From Eledone cirrhosa (taxonomy: Eukaryota): 64,000 nt of DNA. Below the pieces are notes generated by a model. The model made no database searches and was not told where the DNA came from. It saw nothing but the letters and a program-made list of their open reading frames with translations. This document shows, piece after piece, positions 55,410 to 64,000 of the stretch (the first letter of the stretch is position 1; the number at the start of each line of letters is the position of its first letter). The position numbers and the translations under genes are program-made. Location of the stretch: contig OZ024742.1 of the NCBI GenBank assembly GCA_964016885.1, positions 316,200,001 to 316,264,000 of the forward strand. Direction: 5' to 3'.

Positions 55410-55642
55410 GTTTTGATAGTGGTGGTAGTGGTGATGAAGGGGATGATGGTGTTGGAGTTGGTGAGGTTGCTGATGGTGGTGGTAGAGCGTGATGTTGTGG
55501 CTGATGATGGTGGTGGTGATTATGAAGATGATGATGGTAGTGGTTGTAACAGTGGCAATAATAGTGTTGGCGGTAATGATGGTGATAGTGAGGTTGATCA
55601 TGTTGATAGTGGTGATGAGACTGATGGTGGTGGTAGCTGTGA

Positions 55643-55676
<34 letters not shown>

Positions 55677-55844
55677 GGTGACGGTGGTAATAGTGGTGCT
55701 GGTGCGATAATGATGATGATGATGGTGGTGGTGACGGTGGTAATGGTGGTGCTGGTGCGATAATGATGATGATGATGGTGGTGGTGACGGTGGTAATGGT
55801 GGTGCTGGTGCGATAATGATGATGATGATGATTAATCACTGTTG

Positions 55845-55887
<43 letters not shown>

Positions 55888-56040
55888 TGGTGGCGCTGGT
55901 GGTGGTGATGGATGAGGTTTTGCTACTTATGATGATGATGATGACGGTACTGGTGATAGTGGTGGCGATGGTGAGGATTATAGTAATATTCATGAATGAG
56001 GTGTTGCTATTGTTGATGGTGGTTATGATGATGATGATGG
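55410..56040 (+). repeat. (GAT/GGT)n low-complexity region including a 53-bp x3 repeat and (TG)n
   Basis: GCGATAA recurs at 55704, 55757 and 55810; this period does not preserve frame. Confidence 0.85.
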
Positions 56041-56055
56041 TTAGGGCTACCATGT

Positions 56056-59000
56056 TCAGCATATACAGCAAGCCTGAAGAGCTTCCGTCGCTGGCTTGAT
56101 GGCAATGCTATTGTTATTGGGTTTGGTTGTGGTACTGCTGTGGATCATCGTGATGTTGTTACTGTTGTTGTTGGTGGTGGCTATAGTGGTAGTTGTGATG
56201 GCGTTGGTAGTTGTAGTGTTGTTGTTGGTGGTGGCTATAGTGGTAGTTGTGATGGCGCTGGTAGTTGTAGTGTTGAGGTTGGTGGTGGCTATAGTGGTAC
56301 TTGTGGTGGCGCTGGTAGTTGTAGTGTTGAGGTTGGTGGTGGCTATAGTGGTAGTTGTGGTGGCGCTGGTAGTTGTAGTGTTGTTGTTGGTGGTGGCTAT
56401 AGTGGTAGTTGTGATGGCGTTGGTAGTTGTAGTGTTGAGGTTGGTGGTGGCTATAGTGGTAGTTGTGATGGCGTTGGTAGTTGTAGTGTTGTTGTTGGTG
56501 GTGGCTATAGTGGTAGTTGTGATGGCGTTGGTAGTTGTAGTGTTGTTGTTGGTGGTGGCTATAGTGGTAGTTGTGATGGCGCTGGTAGTTGTAGTGTTGA
56601 GGTTGGTGGTGGCTATAGTGGTAGTTGTGGTGGCGCTGGTAGTTGTAGTGTTGAGGTTGGTGGTGGCTATAGTGGTACTTGTGGTGGCGCTGGTAGTTGT
56701 AGTGTTGAGGTTGGTGGTGGCTATAGTGGTAGTTGTGGTGGCGCTGGTAGTTGTAGTGTTGTTGTTGGTGGTGGCTATAGTGGTAGTTGTGATGGCGTTG
56801 GTAGTTGTAGTGTTGAGGTTGGTGGTGGCTATAGTGGTAGTTGTGATGGCGTTGGTAGTTGTAGTGTTGTTGTTGGTGGTGGCTATAGTGGTAGTTGTGA
56901 TGGCGCTGGTAGTTGTAGTGTTGAGGTTGGTGGTGGCTATAGTGGTAGTTGTGGTGGCGCTGGTAGTTGTAGTGTTGAGGTTGGTGGTGGCTATAGTGGT
57001 ACTTGTGGTGGCGCTGGTAGTTGTAGTGTTGAGGTTGGTGGTGGCTATAGTGGTAGTTGTGGTGGCGCTGGTAGTTGTAGTGTTGTTGTTGGTGGTGGCT
57101 ATAGTGGTAGTTGTGATGGCGTTGGTAGTTGTAGCGTTGAGGATGGTGGTGGCTATAGTGGTAGTTGTGGTGGCGCTGGTAGTTGTAGTGTTGTTGTTGG
57201 TGGTGGCTATAGTGGTAGTTGTGATGGCGCTGGTAGTTGTAGTGTTGTTGTTGGTGGTGGCTATAGTGGTAGTTGTGATGGCGTTGGTAGTTGTAGTGTT
57301 GAGGATGGTGGTGGCTATAGTGGTAGTTGTGACGGCGCTGGTAGTTGTAGTGTTGAGGATGGTGGTGGCTATAGTGGTAGTTGTGACGGCGCTGGTAGTT
57401 GTAGTGTTGAGGTTGGTGGTGGCTATAGTGGTAGTTGTGGTGGCGCTGGTAGTTGTAGTGTTGAGGTTGGTGGTGGCTATAGTGGTAGTTGTGATGGCGC
57501 TGGTAGTTGTAGTGTTGAGGTTGGTGGTGGCTATAGTGGTAGTTGTGACGGCGCTGGTAGTTGTAGTGTTGAGGATGGTGGTGGCTATAGTGGTAGTTGT
57601 GGTGGCGTTGGTAGTTGTAGTGTTGAGGTTGGTGGTGGCTATAGTGGTAGTTGTGATGGCGCTGGTAGTTGTAGTGTTGAGGTTGGTGGTGGCTATAGTG
57701 GTAGTTGTGGTGGCGCTGGTAGTTGTAGTGTTGAGGTTGGTGGTGGCTATAGTGGTAGTTGTGGTGGCGTTGGTAGTTGTAGTGTTGAGGTTGGTGGTGG
57801 CTATAGTGGTAGTTGTGACGGCGCTGGTAGTTGTAGTGTTGAGGATGGTGGTGGCTATAGTGGTAGTTGTGGTGGCGTTGGTAGTTGTAGTGTTGAGGTT
57901 GGTGGTGGCTATAGTGGTAGTTGTGATGGCGCTGGTAGTTGTAGTGTTGAGGTTGGTGGTGGCTATAGTGGTAGTTGTGGTGGCGTTGGTAGTTGTAGTG
58001 TTGAGGTTGGTGGTGGCTATAGTGGTAGTTGTGATGGCGCTGGTAGTTGTAGTGTTGAGGATGGTGGTGGCTATAGTGGTAGTTGTGGTGGCGTTGGTAG
58101 TTGTAGTGTTGAGGTTGGTGGTGGCTATAGTGGTAGTTGTGATGGCGCTGGTAGTTGTAGTGTTGAGGTTGGTGGTGGCTATAGTGGTAGTTGTGGTGGC
58201 GCTGGTAGTTGTAGTGTTGAGGTTGGTGGTGGCTATAGTGGTAGTTGTGGTGGCGTTGGTAGTTGTAGTGTTGAGGTTGGTGGTGGCTATAGTGGTAGTT
58301 GTGGTGGCGTTAGTAGTTGTAGTGTTGTTGTTGGTGGTGGCTATAGTGGTAGTTGTGATGGCGTTGGTAGTTGTAGTGTTGAGGTTGGTGGTGGCTATAG
58401 TGGTAGTTGTGATGGCGCTGGTAGTTGTAGTGTTGTTGTTGGTGGTGGCTATAGTGGTAGTTGTGATGGCGCTGGTAGTTGTAGTGTTGTTGTTGTTGGT
58501 GGCTATAGTGGTAGTTATGGTGGCGTTGGTAGTTGTAGTGTTGAGGTTGGTGGTGGCTATAGTGGTAGTTGTGGTGGCGTTAGTAGTTGTAGTGTTGTTG
58601 TTGGTGGTGGCTATAGTGGTAGTTGTGATGGCGTTGGTAGTTGTAGTGTTGAGGTTGGTGGTGGCTATAGTGGTAGTTGTGATGGCGCTGGTAGTTGTAG
58701 TGTTGTTGTTGGTGGTGGCTATAGTGGTAGTTGTGGTGGCGCTGGTAGTTGTAGTGTTGAGGTTGGTGGTGGCTATAGTGGTAGTTGTGATGGCGCTGGT
58801 AGTTGTAGTGTTGAGGTTGGTGGTGGCTATAGTGGTAGTTGTGATGGCGTTGGTAGTTGTAGTGTTGTTGTTGTTGGTGGCTATAGTGGTAGTTGTGATG
58901 GCGCTGGTAGTTGTAGTGTTGAGGTTGGTGGTGGCTATAGTGGTAGTTGTGGTGGCGCTGGTAGTTGTAGTGTTGAGGTTGGTGGTGGCTATAGTGGTAG

Positions 59001-62000
59001 TTGTGATGGCGTTGGTAGTTGTAGTGTTGAGGTTGGTGGTGGCTATAGTGGTAGTTGTGATGGCGTTGGTAGTTGTAGTGTTGAGGTTGGTGGTGGCTAT
59101 AGTGGTAGTTGTGGTGGCGTTGGTAGTTGTAGTGTTGTTGTTGGTGGTGGCTATAGTGGTAGTTGTGGTGGCGTTGGTAGTTGTAGTGTTGAGGTTGGTG
59201 GTGGCTATAGTGGTAGTTGTGATGGCGCTGGTAGTTGTAGTGTTGAGGTTGGTGGTGGCTATAGTGGTAGTTGTGATGGCGTTGGTAGTTGTAGTGTTGA
59301 GGTTGGTGGTGGCTATAGTGGTAGTTGTGGTGGCGCTGGTAGTTGTAGTGTTGAGGTTGGTGGTGGCTATAGTGGTAGTTGTGATGGCGCTGGTAGTTGT
59401 AGTGTTGAGGTTGGTGGTGGCTATAGTGGTAGTTGTGATGGCGCTGGTAGTTGTAGTGTTGTTGTTGGTGGTGGCTATAGTGGTAGTTGTGGTGGCGTTG
59501 GTAGTTGTAGTGTTGTTGTTGGTGGTGGCTATAGTGGTAGTTGTGGTCGCGTTGGTAGTTGTAGTGTTGAGGTTGGTGGTGGCTATATTGGTAGTTGTGA
59601 TGGCGCTGGTAGTTGTAGTGTTGAGGTTGGTGGTGGCTATAGTGGTAGTTGTGGTGGCGCTGGTAGTTGTAGTGTTGTTGTTGGTGGTGGCTATAGTGGT
59701 AGTTGTGATGGCGCTGGTAGTTGTAGTGTTGTTATTGGTGGTGGCTATAGTGGTAGTTGTGATGGCGCTGGTAGATGTAGTGTTGTTGTTGTTGGTGGCT
59801 ATAGTGGTAGTTGTGATGGCGTTGGTAGTTGTAGTGTTGTTGTTGGTGGTGGCTATAGTGGTAGTTGTGATGGCGCTGGTAGTTGTAGTGTTGTTGTTGG
59901 TGGTGGCTATAGTGGTAGTTGTGATGGCGCTGGTAGTTGTAGTGTTGTTGTTGGTGGTGGCTATAGTGGTAGTTGTGGTGGCGCTGGTAGTTGTAGTGTT
60001 GTTGTTGGTGGTGGCTATAGTGGTAGTTGTGATGGCACTGGTAGTTGTAGTGTTGTTGTTGGTGGTGGCTATAGTGGTAGTTGTGGTGGCGTTGGTAGTT
60101 GTAGTGTTGTTGTTGGTGGTGGCTATAGTGGTAGTTGTGATGGCGTTGGTAGTTGTAGTGTTGAGGTTGGTGGTGGCTATAGTGGTAGTTGTGGTGGCGC
60201 TGGTAGTTGTAGTGTTGAGGTTGGTGGTGGCTATAGTGGTAGTTGTGATGGCGTTGGTAGTTGTAGTGTTGAGGTTGGTGGTGGCTATAGTGGTAGTTGT
60301 GATGGCGTTGGTAGTTGTAGTGTTGAGGTTGGTGGTGGCTATAGTGGTAGTTGTGATGGCGCTGGTAGTTGTAGTGTTGAGGTTGGTGGTGGCTATAGTG
60401 GTAGTTGTGGTGGCGCTGGTAGTTGTAGTGTTGTTGTTGTTGGTGGCTATAGTGGTAGTTGTGATGGCGTTGGTAGTTGTAGCGTTGAGGATGGTGGTGG
60501 CTATAGTGGTAGTTGTGGTGGCGCTGGTAGTTGTAGTGTTGTTGTTGGTGGTGGCTATAGTGGTAGTTGTGGTGGCGCTGGTAGTTGTAGCGTTGAGGAT
60601 GGTGGTGGCTATAGTGGTAGTTGTGGTGGCGCTGGTAGTTGTAGTGTTGTTGTTGGTGGTGGCTATAGTGGTAGTTGTGATGGCGCTGGTAGTTGTAGTG
60701 TTGTTGTTGGTGGTGGCTATAGTGGTAGTTGTGGTGGCGCTGGTAGTTGTAGCGTTGAGGATGGTGGTGGCTATAGTGGTAGTTGTGGTGGCGCTGGTAG
60801 TTGTAGTGTTGTTGTTGGTGGTGGCTATAGTGGTAGTTGTGATGGCGCTGGTAGTTGTAGTGTTGTTGTTGGTGGTGGCTATAGTGGTAGTTGTGACGGC
60901 GCTGGTAGTTGTAGTGTTGAGGATGGTGGTGGCTATAGTGGTAGTTGTGGTGGCGTTGGTAGTTGTAGTGTTGAGGTTGGTGGTGGCTATAGTGGTAGTT
61001 GTGATGGCGCTGGTAGCTGTAGTGTTGAGGTTGGTGGTGGCTATAGTGGTAGTTGTGGTGGCGCTGGTAGTTGTAGTGTTGAGGTTGGTGGTGGCTATAG
61101 TGGTAGTTGTGGTGGCGTTAGTAGTTGTAGTGTTGAGGTTGGTGGTGGCTATAGTGGTAGTTGTGATGGCGTTGGTAGTTGTAGTGTTGAGGTTGGTGGT
61201 GGCTATAGTGGTAGTTGTGGTGGCGTTGGTAGTTGTAGTGTTGTTGTTGGTGGTGGCTATAGTGGTAGTTGTGGTGGCGTTGGTAGTTGTAGTGTTGAGG
61301 TTGGTGGTGGCTATAGTGGTAGTTGTGATGGCGCTGGTAGTTGTAGTGTTGTTGTTGGTGGTGGCTATAGTGGTAGTTGTGATGGCGCTGGTAGTTGTAG
61401 TGTTGTTGTTGTTGGTGGCTATAATGGTAGTTGTGGTGGCGTTGGTAGTTGTAGTGTTGAGGTTGGTGGTGGCTATAGTGGTAGTTATGGTGGCGTTGGT
61501 AGTTGTAGTGTTGAGGTTGGTGGTGGCTATAGTGGTAGTTGTGGTGGCGTTAGTAGTTGTAGTGTTGTTGTTGGTGGTGGCTATAGTGGTAGTTGTGATG
61601 GCGTTGGTAGTTGTAGTGTTGAGGTTGGTGGTGGCTATAGTGGTAGTTGTGATGGCGCTGGTAGTTGTAGTGTTGTTGTTGGTGGTGGCTATAGTGGTAG
61701 TTGTGGTGGCGCTGGTAGTTGTAGTGTTGAGGTTGGTGGTGGCTATAGTGGTAGTTGTGATGGCGCTGGTAGTTGTAGTGTTGAGGTTGGTGGTGGCTAT
61801 AGTGGTAGTTGTGATGGCGTTGGTAGTTGTAGTGTTGTTGTTGTTGGTGGCTATAGTGGTAGTTGTGATGGCGCTGGTAGTTGTAGTGTTGAGGTTGGTG
61901 GTGGCTATAGTGGTAGTTGTGGTGGCGCTGGTAGTTGTAGTGTTGAGGTTGGTGGTGGCTATAGTGGTAGTTGTGATGGTGTTGGTAGTTGTAGTGTTGA

Positions 62001-64000
62001 GGTTGGTGGTGGCTATAGTGGTAGTTGTGATGGCGTTGGTAGTTGTAGTGTTGAGGTTGGTGGTGGCTATAGTGGTAGTTGTGGTGGCGTTGGTAGTTGT
62101 AGTGTTGTTGTTGGTGGTGGCTATAGTGGTAGTTGTGGTGGCGTTGGTAGTTGTAGTGTTGAGGTTGGTGGTGGCTATAGTGGTAGTTGTGATGGCGCTG
62201 GTAGTTGTAGTGTTGAGGTTGGTGGTGGCTATAGTGGTAGTTGTGATGGCGTTGGTAGTTGTAGTGTTGAGGTTGGTGGTGGCTATAGTGGTAGTTGTAG
62301 TGGCGCTGGTAGTTGTAGTGTTGAGGTTGGTGGTGGCTATAGTGGTAGTTGTGATGGCGCTGGTAGTTGTAGTGTTGAGGTTGGTGGTGGCTATAGTGGT
62401 AGTTGTGATGGCGCTGGTAGTTGTAGTGTTGTTGTTGGTGGTGGCTATAGTGGTAGTTGTGGTGGCGTTGGTAGTTGTAGTGTTGAGGTTGGTGGTGGCT
62501 ATAGTGGTAGTTGTGATGGCGCTGGTAGTTGTAGTGTTGAGGTTGGTGGTGGCTATAATGGTAGTTGTGATGGCGTTGGTAGTTGTAGTGTTGTTGTTGG
62601 TGGTGGCTATAGTGGTAGTTGTGGTGGCGCTGGTAGTTGTAGTGTTGAGGTTGGTGGTGGCTATAGTGGTAGTTGTGATGGCGCTGGTAGTTGTAGTGTT
62701 GTTGTTGGTGGTGGCTATAGTGGTAGTTGTGATGGCGCTGGTAGTTGTAGTGTTGAGGTTGGTGGTGGCTATAGTGGTAGTTGTGGTGGCGTTGGTAGTT
62801 GTAGTGTTGTTGTTGGTGGTGGCTATAGTGGTAGTTGTGATGGCACTGGTAGTTGTAGTGTTCTGGTTGGTGGTGGCTATAGTGGTAGTTGTGATGGCGT
62901 TGGTAGTTGTAGTGTTGAGGTTGGTGGTGGCTATAGTGGTAGTTGTGGTGGCGCTGGTAGTTGTAGTGTTGTTGTTGGTGGTGGCTATAGTGGTAGTTGT
63001 GGTGGCGCTGGTAGTTGTAATGTTGAGGTTGGTGGTGGCTATAGTGGTAGTTGTGGTGGCGCTGGTAGTTGTAGTGTTGAGGTTGGTGGTGGCTATAGTG
63101 GTAGTTGTGATGGCGCTGGTAGTTGTAATGTTGAGGTTGGTGGTGGCTATAGTGGTAGTTGTGGTGGCGCTGGTAGTTGTAGTGTTGAGGTTGGTGGTGG
63201 CTATAGTGGTAGTTGTAGTGTTGTTGTTGGTGGTGGCTATAGTGGTAGTTGTGATGGCGCTGGTAGTTGTAATGTTGAGGTTGGTGGTGGCTATAGTGGT
63301 AGTTGTGGTGGCGCTGGTAGTTGTAGTGTTGAGGTTGGTGGTGGCTATAGTGGTAGTTGTAGTGTTGTTGTTGGTGGTGGCTATAGTGGTAGTTGTGATG
63401 GCGCTGGTAGTTGTAATGTTGAGGTTGGTGGTGGCTATAGTGGTAGTTGTGGTGGCGCTGGTAGTTGTAGTGTTGAGGTTGGTGGTGGCTATAGTGGTAG
63501 TTGTGATGGCGCTGGTAGTTGTAGTGTTGTTGTTGGTGGTGGCTATAGTGGTAGTTGTGATGGCGCTGGTAGTTGTAGTGTTGAGGTTGGTGGTGGCTAT
63601 AGTGGTAGTTGTGGTGGCGCTGGTAGTTGTAGTGTTGAGGTTGGTGGTGGCTATAGTGGTAGTTGTGATGGCGCTGGTAGTTGTAGTGTTGAGGTTGGTG
63701 GTGGCTATAGTGGTAGTTGTGGTGGCGTTGATGGTTGTAGTGTTGTTGTTGGTGGTGGCTATAGTGGTAGTTGTGGTGGCGTTGGTAGTTGTAGTGTTGT
63801 TGTTGGTGGTGGCTATAGTGGTAGTTGTGGTGGCGTTGGTAGTTGTAGTGTTGAGGTTGGTGGTGGCTATAGTGGTAGTTGTGGTGGCGTTGGTAGTTGT
63901 AGTGTTGTTGTTGGTGGTGGCTATAGTGGTAGTTGTGGTGGCGTTGGTAGTTGTAGTGTTGTTGTTGGTGGTGGCTATAGTGGTAGTTGTGATGGCGTTG
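56056..64000 (-). CDS. Putative giant Thr/Asn-rich mucin-like tandem-repeat exon (>2600 codons, 5'-incomplete)
   Basis: Stop-free from the window edge to TGA at 56058-56056; unit (N/I)(L/N)NTTTT(S/N)A(I/T/V)TTTTIATT; grades into unique sequence ..NNITMIHSSTTTKPNNNSIAIKPATEALQACCIC*. Coding status and strand are unproven. Confidence 0.55.
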   Translation of the reverse strand, partial: NAITTTTIATTNNNTTTTNATTTTTIATTNNNTTTTNATTTTTIATTNLNTTTTNATTTTTIATTNNNTTTTNATTTTTIATTNNNTTTINATTTTTIATTNLNTTTTSAITTTTIATTNLNTTTTSATTTTTIATTNLNTTTTSAITTTTIATTNNNTTTTSAITTTTIATTNLNTTTTSATTTTTIATTNLNITTTSAITTTTIATTNNNTTTTTIATTNLNTTTTSATTTTTIATTNLNITTTSAITTTTIATTNNNTTTTTIATTNLNTTTTSATTTTTIATTNLNITTTSAITTTTIATTNLNTTTTSATTTTTIATTNLNITTTSATTTTTIATTNNNTTTTSATTTTTIATTNLNTTTTNAITTTTIATTNQNTTTTSAITTTTIATTNNNTTTTNATTTTTIATTNLNTTTTSAITTTTIATTNNNTTTTSAITTTTIATTNLNTTTTSATTTTTIATTNNNTTTTNAITTTIIATTNLNTTTTSAITTTTIATTNLNTTTTNATTTTTIATTNNNTTTTSAITTTTIATTNLNTTTTSAITTTTIATTNLNTTTTSATTTTTIATTNLNTTTTNAITTTTIATTNLNTTTTSAITTTTIATTNLNTTTTNATTTTTIATTNNNTTTTNATTTTTIATTNLNTTTTNAITTTTIATTNLNTTTTNTITTTTIATTNLNTTTTSATTTTTIATTNLNTTTTSAITTTTIATNNNNTTTTNAITTTTIATTNLNTTTTSAITTTTIATTNLNTTTTSATTTTTIATTNNNTTTTSAITTTTIATTNLNTTTTNAITTTTIATTNNNTTTTNATTTTTIATTNLNTTTTNATITTTIATTNLNTTTTNATTTTIIATNNNNTTTTSAITTTTIATTNNNTTTTSAITTTTIATTNLNTTTTNATTTTTIATTNNNTTTTNATTTTTIATTNLNTTTTNAITTTTIATTNLNTTTTNATTTTTIATTNLNTTTTSATTTTTIATTNLNTTATSAITTTTIATTNLNTTTTNATTTTTIATTILNTTTTSAVTTTTIATTNNNTTTTSAITTTTIATTNNNTTTTSATTTTTIATTILNATTTSATTTTTIATTNNNTTTTSAITTTTIATTNNNTTTTSATTTTTIATTILNATTTSATTTTTIATTNNNTTTTSATTTTTIATTILNATTTNAITTTTIATNNNNTTTTSATTTTTIATTNLNTTTTSAITTTTIATTNLNTTTTNAITTTTIATTNLNTTTTNAITTTTIATTNLNTTTTSATTTTTIATTNLNTTTTNAITTTTIATTNNNTTTTNATTTTTIATTNNNTTTTSAITTTTIATTNNNTTTTSATTTTTIATTNNNTTTTSAITTTTIATTNNNTTTTSAITTTTIATTNNNTTTTNAITTTTIATNNNNTTSTSAITTTTIATTNNNTTTTSAITTTTIATTNNNTTTTSATTTTTIATTNLNTTTTSAITTTNIATTNLNTTTTNATTTTTIATTNNNTTTTNATTTTTIATTNNNTTTTSAITTTTIATTNLNTTTTSAITTTTIATTNLNTTTTSATTTTTIATTNLNTTTTNAITTTTIATTNLNTTTTSAITTTTIATTNLNTTTTNATTTTTIATTNNNTTTTNATTTTTIATTNLNTTTTNAITTTTIATTNLNTTTTNAITTTTIATTNLNTTTTSATTTTTIATTNLNTTTTSAITTTTIATNNNNTTTTNAITTTTIATTNLNTTTTSAITTTTIATTNLNTTTTSATTTTTIATTNNNTTTTSAITTTTIATTNLNTTTTNAITTTTIATTNNNTTTTNATTTTTIATTNLNTTTTNATITTTIATNNNNTTTTSAITTTTIATTNNNTTTTSAITTTTIATTNLNTTTTNAITTTTIATTNNNTTTTNATTTTTIATTNLNTTTTNATTTTTIATTNLNTTTTSATTTTTIATTNLNTTTTSAITTTTIATTNLNTTTTNATTTTTIATTILNTTTTSAITTTTIATTNLNTTTTNATTTTTIATTNLNTTTTSAITTTTIATTNLNTTTTNATTTTTIATTILNTTTTSAVTTTTIATTNLNTTTTNATTTTTIATTNLNTTTTSATTTTTIATTNLNTTTTSAITTTTIATTNLNTTTTNATTTTTIATTILNTTTTSAVTTTTIATTNLNTTTTSAITTTTIATTNLNTTTTSATTTTTIATTNLNTTTTSAVTTTTIATTILNTTTTSAVTTTTIATTILNTTTTNAITTTTIATTNNNTTTTSAITTTTIATTNNNTTTTSATTTTTIATTILNATTTNAITTTTIATTNNNTTTTSATTTTTIATTNLNTTTTSATTSTTIATTNLNTTTTSATTTTTIATTNLNTTTTSAITTTTIATTNNNTTTTNAITTTTIATTNLNTTTTNAITTTTIATTNNNTTTTSATTTTTIATTNLNTTTTSATTSTTIATTNLNTTTTSATTTTTIATTNLNTTTTSAITTTTIATTNNNTTTTNAITTTTIATTNNNTTTTNAITTTTIATTNLNTTTTNAITTTTIATTNNNTTTTSATTTTTIATTNLNTTTTSATTSTTIATTNLNTTTTSAITTTTIATTNNNTTTTNAITTTTIATTNNNSNNITMIHSSTTTKPNNNSIAIKPATEALQACCIC
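56164..64000. repeat. 54-bp tandem repeat array (~145 units, continues past the window end)
   Basis: Consensus GGTGGTGGCTATAGTGGTAGTTGTG(A/G)TGGCG(C/T)TGGTAGTTGTAGTGTTG(AG/TT)GTT; two 36-bp units near 63193 and 63337. Confidence 0.99.

Noticed and set aside
56164-64000. Third reading of the array on the minus strand, (PQHYNYQRHHNYHYSHHQ)n
   Set aside because: The GTTAGTAGT variants (about 58310, 58580, 61119 and 61550) create TAA stops in this frame.
56164-64000. CRISPR array or telomeric repeat
   Set aside because: Units are contiguous with no unique spacers, there are no cas genes, the context is eukaryotic, and the unit is not a short telomeric motif.

Overview
AT-rich, microsatellite-dense eukaryotic DNA. 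The SINE/LINE families and repeat texture suggest an octopod cephalopod (inference). There is one 200-N gap at 24176-24375. The first 56 kb has no clearly intact host gene. It holds a 5'-truncated, disabled RTE LINE (with a PHD finger in ORF2), fossils of CR1-, Tx1/L1-, CRE- and Penelope-like (PLE) retroelements, hAT remnants, non-autonomous Helitrons, MITEs, and about 20 full or partial copies of one tRNA-derived SINE. Two things stand out. (1) Several unrelated short elements sit in (TA)n tracts as long palindromes; many carry minimal type-I hammerhead ribozyme motifs, and the palindromes are centred on the elements' own hairpins. The best example is a 310-bp-unit, roughly 800-bp foldback at 29197-30024. 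(2) The last 7.9 kb is a 54-bp tandem array (about 145 units) that stays stop-free in one register on both strands and is missing from the ORF track. The minus strand reads as a Thr/Asn-rich mucin-like protein ending ...EALQACCIC*, and the plus strand as (GGGYSGSCDGAGSCSVEV)n. All family assignments come from motif recognition by eye, not database searches.
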